Assembly (NCBI GenBank): GCA_021650915.1
Contig: CP091279.1
Span: forward strand, 2,280,001-2,312,000
DNA length: 32,000 nucleotides
DNA from: Candidatus Brocadia sp.
GTDB taxonomy: Bacteria > Planctomycetota > Brocadiia > Brocadiales > Brocadiaceae
Direction: 5' to 3'
Part shown: in pieces, positions 8,824 to 17,600 of the stretch
How the letters are laid out: each line of letters starts with the position of its first letter
How positions within the stretch are numbered: the stretch's first letter is position 1
Notes under the pieces: model-generated
Databases searched by the model: none
Seen by the model: only the letters and a program-made list of their open reading frames with translations
Told to the model about the DNA's origin: nothing
Program-made: the position numbers and the translations under genes

Positions 8824-11007
8824 CTAAAACATGGGCGCCATCGCCAGCGCCGGGTGGTTCACTTTCTGCATGTATGCCGCGACTTCATCCTCAGTCTGGG
8901 CAACCGTCTCATCAGCTATTTTATTAAGAAAATCTTCGAGCCCCAGTTCCGCAGCAGTTTTGGTCAGTGTTTCTGCCAACTCTTCCTTGAGCGCCTTGGG
9001 CATCCATACAACCCGTCCCAAACCGCCATCTGCTGAAATAAATTTTCTGCTGCCTAAATAAAATTTGCTGTGCCCCATAAAGCCTGGGGTCTGCAGACCA
9101 CCGCCCACCGTTCCGGCAAGCGTGGAAAATTTCATACCGCACGGCGTCATTTCGGTAAAGTCACGGTCTACCACCATGATCCCATTGGTCATGGGCAACA
9201 TCGCCGAGATACACTCAAAACAGCCACAACTGGTCATCGGGTCTGTCATAATACTATATAAACTCACCTTCTCCAGCGACCGGTTAGAACCGTTAAAGAT
9301 AAATGAATTCGTGCCCTCCCATTGTCCCAGGGTGTCATTCACAACCTTCCCCCTCTCGATCGGCTGGTTTGGCCCGGTTGGGTTGATCTCGTAGCCCGCC
9401 TTACCATCGAGCCAACTGACGGAGCCGCACAGGCCGGAACGTTCCGGCGTAACAACACAAATATGGGTGGGAGCAAAACTTTGACAGAGTGTGCAGCTAT
9501 AGAACAAGTTTACCGAGTCGTCCGTCATGCCCTTTAAACGCGCATCACGCTCTGCATACGCGGCGCGCACATCCTTTAATATCCTTTCCACATCTTCTCT
9601 CTTTGTATAAAAGGTGACCTGCACCTTGTCAACAATAGCTCCGAAATTGCTGTGGAACTGCGAGTGGATGATACTGCCGATGTGTTTGATCCTGAACCCT
9701 GCCTTAAAGGCTTCTTTGCTGATGCGATGACGGATGATGTCTCTTTGCCCCATATGGAACAGCCCCTGGGCTTCACCCAGGAACCGATGCATCTGGCGTT
9801 CAAAGATTGGCTCAAAATCGGGCTGCATCTTTCGCCCCGCCACTTCAACCATAATCCCAAGGGATACACCGGGACCCGGTTTAATGTCGTCCAGATCTGG
9901 CCCGATAACCTGTATTTTGCCGTCCTCTACCTCGTCAATTTCTTTGGTGCACACATATTCAAAGGCAGGGACGCCAGGGCCGCCAATCTCAATCTGCATG
10001 TCCTCTTTTCTGATACGTTCGCCCTCAAAAGCCGGGCCGTAAGGCACGGGGATATCCATTTTGTGTATAGAAATCTTCAGGCCGCGGACTTCAATGCATT
10101 TATCAACGATCTTGTCAACCGGCACCCTTGAAACCACATGTTCGTAGGTGCATACGCCCGTAGGCAATATTTCCGGAATGTCGATATTTGAAATCGTCGG
10201 GAAACCATAGTTAATAGCGCCCGCTGCGTTGGCATACTGCTCATCGGTCACGGCAGTTCCTATTGCCAGGACAAATGCAAAGATGCGGTTTTTGTTATAG
10301 AGGAGATTCCTCCTTGCTTCGCCTGGCGGCACATTTCCGAAGGAAAGGGCTGCCCGGTTGGCAAAACCCAGGGAATACACTGCAGCCGAGGTCTCTTTTC
10401 CAAAAGGCACCAGACGGGTATCCCACCCCATCTGGACGCCCTTTTCAGCCAGTTGCTCGGCAAACGACACCCCAAAATTATCTGATTGTATAAAAACGTA
10501 AAGATTCTTTTGCTGAAGCTCACGGGCAATCTTCACGGCCGTATCCGCGTCGGGCGCACACCCCACAATTGCGGCGAATCCCGGGGCCGTGCCGTCAACG
10601 AACTCAATGCCGCGCTCGCGCATGATAACGTCATCGGCGGCGCCAAGCCAGATGCCATCCACCGGATGAGGCCCGATTAAATATTTACAGGCCTCGTACA
10701 CTTCCTCTGCAAAAAGTGTTGCCATCCCGGCATCCAGGGTATGCCCAAGATAAGGGACCCAATGTTTTTCTGCCGGCAATGGCGGGAGCATGCTCCGCGC
10801 CATACCCAGAATATATTCGCAATCCTCCAGGGTTTTCACGGCAACGCCCGTCATCGAGTAAATGATGGGCAGATAATACGCCGTATTGGGAAACTCCACC
10901 TTACAATCACGCCCCTTTTGCGCAATCGCATCAGCCAGCTTTTTATCAGCCTTATCTACAATTTTATATGCGCCACGGATGGCGGCGGTACAGATAATTT
11001 TGGACAT
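8824..11007 (-). CDS. acsB: Acetyl-CoA synthase (A-cluster subunit)
   Basis: 727 aa, the length of Moorella AcsB. It has the Cys-Gly-Cys Ni-binding motif (TSCGCFECI) and upstream cluster cysteines (CTLCQSF...C...C). AAGGGGTG RBS is present. Confidence 0.97.
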   Translation of the reverse strand: MSKIICTAAIRGAYKIVDKADKKLADAIAQKGRDCKVEFPNTAYYLPIIYSMTGVAVKTLEDCEYILGMARSMLPPLPAEKHWVPYLGHTLDAGMATLFAEEVYEACKYLIGPHPVDGIWLGAADDVIMRERGIEFVDGTAPGFAAIVGCAPDADTAVKIARELQQKNLYVFIQSDNFGVSFAEQLAEKGVQMGWDTRLVPFGKETSAAVYSLGFANRAALSFGNVPPGEARRNLLYNKNRIFAFVLAIGTAVTDEQYANAAGAINYGFPTISNIDIPEILPTGVCTYEHVVSRVPVDKIVDKCIEVRGLKISIHKMDIPVPYGPAFEGERIRKEDMQIEIGGPGVPAFEYVCTKEIDEVEDGKIQVIGPDLDDIKPGPGVSLGIMVEVAGRKMQPDFEPIFERQMHRFLGEAQGLFHMGQRDIIRHRISKEAFKAGFRIKHIGSIIHSQFHSNFGAIVDKVQVTFYTKREDVERILKDVRAAYAERDARLKGMTDDSVNLFYSCTLCQSFAPTHICVVTPERSGLCGSVSWLDGKAGYEINPTGPNQPIERGKVVNDTLGQWEGTNSFIFNGSNRSLEKVSLYSIMTDPMTSCGCFECISAMLPMTNGIMVVDRDFTEMTPCGMKFSTLAGTVGGGLQTPGFMGHSKFYLGSRKFISADGGLGRVVWMPKALKEELAETLTKTAAELGLEDFLNKIADETVAQTEDEVAAYMQKVNHPALAMAPMF

Positions 11008-11029
11008 AAAAACACCCCTTTAAATCATT

Positions 11030-12991
11030 TTAATGATGTGCTGCTGGCTTGCATTCCCTTTCCAGCGCCCTTCTTTCAGCCATATCGTACAACTTCCTCT
11101 CCTTCTTCTCGTTAATACCAAGCGCATCACGCTTCTTTTCGATGTGATCCATGAGCATCTTCCCGATCTTCTTTAAATCCGACTCAAAATCCCATCGTGC
11201 GCCGCACATCTCTTCCATCTCCTTTGTCAGCAACCTTTGCATATCCGGGGCGCCTGCCACCGGAGAATTCATGCCAAAGACGGTATAAATACCAGAGGCC
11301 ACCAGAAATTGCCCGATAGCAATTGCCTTTTCGCTCATCCATTCCGTGCACGCACCCGCCACCGGCAATTCACTGATATCATTTCCCAACCCGCCCTCTT
11401 TCACCATCTCACTAACGGCAATCAGAATTCGGCTGTTATCGACACAAGCTCCCGAATGCAGCACCGGCGGTATCCCAACTGCCTCACACACCTCTCTCAG
11501 CCCCTGACCACATGCATCCTTCATCTCAGGAACCATCAACCCGTCAGAAGCGCATTGCCCTGCGGCACAACCCGTCGCCACCACCAGGAAATTATTTGCA
11601 ATGAGCTCTCTTGCCAGATTGATATACGACGGCTCACATACGCCCGCCTTGGGACTTGTGCAACCGGCAATACCCACCACGCCGCGAATCCTGCCGTTAA
11701 TAATATTATCATTTAATGGCCGGTAACTCGCCCGGTACCTGCCGCCCAGCATATATTTGATCGTCTCATGGCTGAACCCGGCAACGATATTCGGCTCAGC
11801 GCTGGCGGGGATAAACACCTTCTCTTTATCCCGGTTTTTGTAATTTGCAACGGCCATCATAACAATCTTCTTCGCCGCTTCAGTGGCATGTTCTTCCTCA
11901 AATTCAACGTGTTCTGCCCCGAAAATCTTGGCCTTCGACAAGGTAGTAATCAATTTCGTGTGAAACGATTTTGCCGCTTCTGCAAGCGACTGCATGACAC
12001 ACTGGATATCAACGACCATCGCTTCAACAGCGCCGGTTGCTATGGCCGCCTCCTGAATCGTCATATGCCCGGCCATAGGAATCCCATGCCGAACCAGGAG
12101 TTCATTGGCCGTGCAGCACAGTCCGGAAAGGACAATACCCTTCGCCCCAACCGCCTGCGCAGCCTTAGTAACTTCCGGATCGCCACAGGCCAGCACAATC
12201 GCCTCGGCAAGTTGCGGCTCATGCCCGTGGACAATGATATTCACGTGATCTTTCTTGATTACTCCCAGATTGGACCTTCCTGCTGTGGGTTTTGGGGTGC
12301 CAAACATAATATCCTGCAGTTCGGTCGCTATCATGCAACCACCCCAGCCGTCCGCCAGCGCCACGCGCATGGCCTGCAGGGTAAGGTTTCGGTAGTCCTG
12401 GTCTCCGCCCATCCCCGTACGGTGCAGGCTCTCTGTAACTTCACGGTCTATTGCCCGCGGGGCAATCCCTAGTTTTTCCCACACCTTCTGCCTGCTCTCC
12501 GGCGCCCGCTTGAGGAACAACAAGGTTCCATACGGTTTCCCGAATTCCATCAGCGCCATCTCACCCACTTCTTCAGCAATCTCATTAATCTTACGGTCCT
12601 TTGTCTTTATCCCAAAACACTCGGCAACCATCATGAGCTTCTCAACATCCTTAATCCGGTAGCCGGGAGCCTCACCCCGAGCGGTAGCAACCAGCAGATG
12701 GGCCGCCGCGCGCGCATGATCTGAATGGCATGCCGTGCCTGCCCCGCTCATGCGCAGGAAATGCCGCGCAGCAAAGGTATTGGCATCAGCGCCGCAAACA
12801 CCCTTCTTCGGACCTTTCCCAAAGGGGTCGATATTACACGGACCATAATTACAATGGCGGCAACACAATGCAAGACTACCATAGCCGCATTGAGGAAGTT
12901 GCGCCTGATACCGGTCGTACATAGTTTCCATTTTCATTTCTTTCATACGATCAAGCATAATCTCGTCTGCTGTTTTTTTCTTCTCTTCCAT
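11030..12991 (-). CDS. acsA: Carbon monoxide dehydrogenase catalytic subunit
   Basis: Within ORF 11030..13099. N-terminal B/D-cluster cysteines (CGYGSLALCCRHCNYGPC) and a CooS-like body (HGHEP, CTANE, GCTSPK). I set the start at ATG 12991 (MEEKKK), preceded by AAAGGAGGGG. The track start is TTG. Confidence 0.93.
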   Translation of the reverse strand: MEEKKKTADEIMLDRMKEMKMETMYDRYQAQLPQCGYGSLALCCRHCNYGPCNIDPFGKGPKKGVCGADANTFAARHFLRMSGAGTACHSDHARAAAHLLVATARGEAPGYRIKDVEKLMMVAECFGIKTKDRKINEIAEEVGEMALMEFGKPYGTLLFLKRAPESRQKVWEKLGIAPRAIDREVTESLHRTGMGGDQDYRNLTLQAMRVALADGWGGCMIATELQDIMFGTPKPTAGRSNLGVIKKDHVNIIVHGHEPQLAEAIVLACGDPEVTKAAQAVGAKGIVLSGLCCTANELLVRHGIPMAGHMTIQEAAIATGAVEAMVVDIQCVMQSLAEAAKSFHTKLITTLSKAKIFGAEHVEFEEEHATEAAKKIVMMAVANYKNRDKEKVFIPASAEPNIVAGFSHETIKYMLGGRYRASYRPLNDNIINGRIRGVVGIAGCTSPKAGVCEPSYINLARELIANNFLVVATGCAAGQCASDGLMVPEMKDACGQGLREVCEAVGIPPVLHSGACVDNSRILIAVSEMVKEGGLGNDISELPVAGACTEWMSEKAIAIGQFLVASGIYTVFGMNSPVAGAPDMQRLLTKEMEEMCGARWDFESDLKKIGKMLMDHIEKKRDALGINEKKERKLYDMAERRALERECKPAAHH

Positions 12992-13152
12992 CTTATTCCC
13001 CTCCTTTACAAGGTTCATAAATATCAGGCCTGCCGGAATAACCTTCGGTATACGGTCAGCCTGACTATCTGCCACAGTTGCCTGCGGTAAATAGAACAAA
13101 CTATTATAAATAGAAATAGATTTAAATCAAGGGAAAATACAAACCCTCACGT

Positions 13153-13923
13153 TTATTTTGTACAATCTTCCAGATTTTTCTTTATTAGCCTTACTTCGTC
13201 CAGCAATTGGCTGTTTTCTGAAAAGACTGCCTTTCCCACAATATCAGACTCAAGCACCTTTTCGTTATAGGAAATAAACCCCAGGACGGGAATCCCACTC
13301 AGTCCCTTTTCAATCAACGCCCGGTGTTCATCGGAAGCCACTTTATTACCTACCGCATAAATTGCCCTGAGACCGATATCATCCGCCAGTTTTTTAACCT
13401 GGAAAGCCGTCTGAATACTCTTGGAGCCTGGCTCTACAATCACAATCAATGCATTTACCGCCTTCACGGTGGCGCGTCCAAGGTGTTCAACCCCAGCCTC
13501 CATATCCACAATCACCACCTCATCCCTTTGCACAATCAGATGGCTAAGCAACGTCCTCAAAAAGGCGCTCTCCGGGCATGCGCAACCGCCCCCCCCGCGT
13601 TTCACTGCGCCTAATACCATCAGTTTTATCCCTTCCTGTTCCAGGGAAAGTTTGTCCGGCAGATCAGAAACGGTGGGGTTCAATTGAAAGAATTTTCCGT
13701 ATTCTTCGGACGTAGCGCCCGTGCGTTCCTTGATCAAATCCTTCATCTGACTGATTGGTACGATCTGCGATACATTTTTCACGCCCAATGTTACTGCCAA
13801 ATTGGCTACCGGGTCTGCATCTATCGCAATGACTTTTTTCCCGTTTTCCGCAAAAACCCTCGCCAGGGTTGCAACAAAGGTCGTCTTTCCAACGCCACCT
13901 TTACCCGAGACTGCAATTTTCAT
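13153..13923 (-). CDS. cooC: CooC-type Ni-insertion accessory ATPase
   Basis: GKGGVGKTT P-loop and a CxC motif (GGGCACPE). I set the start at ATG 13923 (MKIAVSG), preceded by GGTGAGGA. The track start at 13986 is TTG. Confidence 0.9.
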   Translation of the reverse strand: MKIAVSGKGGVGKTTFVATLARVFAENGKKVIAIDADPVANLAVTLGVKNVSQIVPISQMKDLIKERTGATSEEYGKFFQLNPTVSDLPDKLSLEQEGIKLMVLGAVKRGGGGCACPESAFLRTLLSHLIVQRDEVVIVDMEAGVEHLGRATVKAVNALIVIVEPGSKSIQTAFQVKKLADDIGLRAIYAVGNKVASDEHRALIEKGLSGIPVLGFISYNEKVLESDIVGKAVFSENSQLLDEVRLIKKNLEDCTK

Positions 13924-14070
13924 ACTATCCTCACCTTTACCTCTCACTTGATTTATGAAATCATTACAATTTAGTAATTGTATCAAAATTTACAAATTAT
14001 TGGTACAGGAAAAATTCAAAATGATGGCAAAACTTACCCCTTGATTTCCAGGCTTCTGTACCTTCTGAAA

Positions 14071-14124
14071 TGTGCCATGTCACGCGAGCTTGCTTTCACA
14101 CAAGTGTGCCATGACACACTTTTT
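14071..14124 (+). repeat. Degenerate copy of the GTGCCATGACAC hairpin family, followed by a T5 run
   Basis: TGTGCCATGTCAC (14071-14083), 20 nt, then GTGTGCCATGACACAC (14104-14119), then TTTTT. The last 27 nt match 18678-18705 except at 2 positions. Confidence 0.6.
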
Positions 14125-14295
14125 GGCTAGATTTTGCATCCGTCCATTGCCATCTTAAGGTGTTTTTTCTCTTTACCCTAATTGAAATTTTGGTAATATC
14201 TTATAGACAAAAAATGATATCGTTATTTTCCTGTATCTTTATCATGGTATTTTTATTGCTAAAAGACTCCGTAACGAATAGTTCGATAGAGTACC

Positions 14296-14386
14296 GTACG
14301 ATAAAGGCAAACCCTGAGTGATCAGGGGGCGCAAAGTAGTGGATCTTTAAACCTACAAGGAAGTGGTTTAGAAATACTATTTCCAG
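14296..14386 (+). promoter_or_regulatory. Candidate c-di-GMP-I (GEMM-I) riboswitch aptamer
   Basis: AAAGGCAAACC, then CCCTGA-GTGA-TCAGGG (a GNRA-capped hairpin), then GGGCGCAAAG at 14303-14336. A second hairpin follows (TAAACC 14348-14353 / GGTTTA 14365-14370, with AGTA/TACT closing). The boundaries are approximate. Confidence 0.7.
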
Positions 14387-14396
14387 GAATAAAGAC

Positions 14397-14455
14397 AGCC
14401 TTACTGCCAAAGATGGTGTGTTGAATATCTTGAGCGGTAAGGCTTTTTTATTTTG
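14397..14455 (+). terminator. Intrinsic terminator (expression platform of the riboswitch)
   Basis: AGCCTTACTGC (14397-14407) pairs with GCGGTAAGGCT (14434-14444) with one G-U pair. An inner AAGAT/ATCTT stem is present, and TTTTTTATTTT follows. Confidence 0.7.
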
Positions 14456-14484
14456 GCGGTAAATATCCATCAGCACCAAGGAAT

Positions 14485-14550
14485 TTCAACGTTTGTTGTA
14501 GAGCGACGAGGCTCGTCGCCCTACATTGAAAAAGTTGTCGAAGGCCTAAT
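14485..14550 (+). repeat. Short copy of a dispersed hairpin element (TTCAAYGTTTGTTGTAGAG...CCCTAC...CGAAGGCCTAAT)
   Basis: It shares both flanks and the GTAGAG/CCCTAC stem base with 24727-24850, including the same A/C mismatch. It lies in the 5' leader of the 14637 gene. Confidence 0.8.
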
Positions 14551-14636
14551 GTAATGACTTTGATCCGAGACTTTTACCGATCGCAAAAGCGTAAAAAATA
14601 TTTTGATGCTGTTCATTAAGAAAGGGAGGTCCGCAA

Positions 14637-17600
14637 ATGTTCCATAACCATTTTGTTTGTGCGGTATCTGCGAAACCATATCCTATTTTGAGATTCAAGG
14701 GCAATAAAATTATACCGGCGCTTTTGTTTTTTTGTGCATTTCTTCTCTTGGTTGTACGGCAAACGTATGCGCAAGACGCAACGCCTCCAACCGTAACCCA
14801 GACGAGCCCCGCCGGGAATGAGGCGGGAGTGGGCGTTAACCGCGCCATAACGGCAACGTTCAGTGAGCTGATGAACGCAAACACGATAACGATGGCCACC
14901 TTTAGCGTTACTGATGGAGTCGCATCGGTGGCGGGTACGTTGAGCTACCTGGACACAACGGTCACCTTCACGCCATCAAACGATTTGCCGTATTCTACCA
15001 GATATACGGCAACCATCACAACAGGGGTAACCGACCTGGCGGGCAATGCCCTGTCTTCAAACTACACCTGGAGTTTCACAACGAGCATAGCCTCTCCCGA
15101 GGGTTTACAGGCTTATTATACGTTCGATGAGGGAAATGGTACCGTGGTAAATGATTCATCGGGTAACGGGAATAATGGCACCATTACGGGTGCTACCTGG
15201 ACCACGGGTAAAAGTGGAGGCGGCTTGAGTTTTGATGGAAACAATGACTCTGTGACCGTTCCCCGTATGAATAATGACGAAGTTTCTGTTTGTGCATGGT
15301 TCTACAAAAATGCAAATGACACTACGCGGCATGATGCCATATTCAGCGGGCTGAGAGCTAGCTTAAATACGCAACTTCGTGAGGGTTTTGAATTGCGGTT
15401 TCCTGCAAGCGCCCCTGATAGAATCGAGTTCGTACTCGTGACACAAGATGGAAGCGGAAACAAATCGACGAGGATTGCGCAGGGGGATTTAGTCCACTCC
15501 GTAGGAAATTGGTATCACGTTGCAGGCACTTACAACAAGACAAGCGGAGAACAGAAGCTGTATGTCAATGGAGGACTCGTTCATACCCTGCTTCATGGGG
15601 CAGGAAATACCATTGTGCCCTTGACGCTTTACTCTGACATGCGGATAGGATATTCAAGGGTTAATAATGGTTATTTTCGTGGTGTTGTTGATGAGGTCAA
15701 ACTTTATAGCCGGGCATTGACCAACCAGGAAATATTGGATTTATTTAACAGCCCCACGGTAAGCACAACAAGCCCTGCAGAGAATGAGGCAGGGGTAGCA
15801 GTGAACAGCGCCATAACGGCAACGTTCAGCGAGCCGATGGATGCCAATACCATAACTACAGCCACGTTTACCCCTACCGATGGCGTGACACCGGTGACGG
15901 GCACGGTGAGCTACACGGGGACGACAGCCACATTTATGCCGTCAGGGAATCTGTCGTATGCCACAAACTATACGGCAACGATAACAACGGGCGCAACAGA
16001 CCTGTCGGGCGATGCTCTGACATCGGCCTACACCTGGAGCTTTACGACAGGAGCGGCGCCTCCCCAGGGACTCCTCGCTTATTATACGTTCAACGAGGGA
16101 AGCGGGACGGTTATAAATGATTCATCAGGTAACGGCAATACCGGCGCCATCAACGAAGCTGCCTGGACTACGGGCAGAAGTGCAGGCGGATTGAGCTTTG
16201 ATGGGCTTAACGATTATGTTTATCTTGGCAATCCGTTGTCTCTTCAACCAGGCGCAGTTTCCGTTTCTGCGTGGTTTAAAACCACCGACAGCAACGGGAT
16301 TATCATTCGTAAACGATCATACGGCTATGGTCTCGATGTATGGAATTCAGGAAGGATTTCTTTCTGGATTTATAATTCTGCAGCCACCTTATTCAGGGCA
16401 AGTTCCCTGCTTGCCTATCATGACAATCTATGGCATCATGCCGTTGGTGTCTATGATGGTTCCACGGTCAGGTTGTATATTGATGGCGCTCAGGTTGCCT
16501 CAGCGCCTGCGGGAACGATCTTTTACGGAGCGGGTGGAATTGCAATAGGCAGAGACGGAGATTCCAGCGGGTCGTATTACAGCGGCCTCATCGACGGGGT
16601 AAGTATTTATAATCGTGCATTGAGCAACCAGGAGGTATCAGATTTGTTTCATAATCCCGGATTGTTCGACACGATCCCCCCCGTGGTAAGTTCGACGAGT
16701 CCAGCCAGGGATGCAACGGGCGTGGCGCTTAACAGCGCTATCACGGTCACCTTTAACGAGGCGATGAATGCGTCGACGATAAACACGTCCACCTTTACCG
16801 TAAGCAATGGGGTAAGCGATATTGAAGGAACGGTGTCTTACCGTGGAGAAACGGCTACCTTCACCCCATCCAGCAATTTAACGTACGCCACATCATACAC
16901 GGCAAGGATTACCGGGGGTGTCAGGGACGCGGGCGGCAATGCCATGACGGGAAACTACTCATGGAGTTTTCTTGCAGGAGCGCCGGACACAACAGCGCCT
17001 GCGGTAAACTCAACACGGCCTGTCAGTACTGCGACCACGGTGGCAGTTAACAGCGCTATTACCGTAATATTCAGCGAGGTGATGGATGCGGCGACCATAA
17101 ACGCCTCCACATTCACCGTGCGCAATGAGAGCACTTCATCTGAAATTAGCGGGACGGTATCCTACAGTGGCGTGATCGCCACCTTTACCCCCTCAAGTAG
17201 TTTGGCGTATGCCACCCCTTACACGGCAACGATCACCACGGGGGCAAGGGACGCAGCAGGCAATGCCATGGCAGCAAACTACGCGTGGAGTTTTACCGCC
17301 GTGAGCGCACAGGAGGAAATGATACCCGACTGGACAAATGTAGTTTATAGCCCATTTCACCTCGTTCCTCCCACGACGGTTACCAATCCCGTACAGAAGG
17401 GAAGCGACGTAACAGAGTATCCGGCAGATATGGTTGCAGATACGTTTCTTTTTTACGAGAACAATACCTGGTATATGTTCAACGAAACCTTAGGCAGTGG
17501 ACATAATGGCGATCTTGCTGTTTCTCTGAGTTCCGATGGATTGCACTGGACGTATCAACAGATTGTGCTGAACGAGCCATTTCATCTTTCGTATCCTCAG

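Noticed and set aside
4781-12472. Many 60-240-aa ORFs antisense to or out of frame with acs genes (for example 5389-6111+, 9652-10131+, 11237-11716+, 11768-12472+)
   Set aside because: Each lies wholly inside a confidently identified, motif-bearing acs gene. They have biased (Arg/His/Pro-rich) composition typical of shadow frames.
14071-14119. GTGCCATGACAC read as a CRP/FNR/CooA-type operator next to the CO-metabolism operon
   Set aside because: The half-site spacing is GTG-N6-CAC, not the GTG-N8-CAC implied by TGTGA-N6-TCACA. The same motif also occurs as a terminator hairpin at 18669, so a structural RNA or repeat role fits better.
14201-14479. 92-aa minus-strand ORF in the cooC / 14637 intergenic region
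   Set aside because: It overlaps the riboswitch-like element and its terminator on the opposite strand. It has no RBS, an AT-rich low-complexity translation and no recognisable family. It is better explained as a shadow of structured non-coding DNA.
14546-14899. 117-aa minus ORF overlapping the start of the 1278-aa gene
   Set aside because: It is antisense to a gene with a strong RBS, a signal peptide and repeated domains, and nothing supports it independently.
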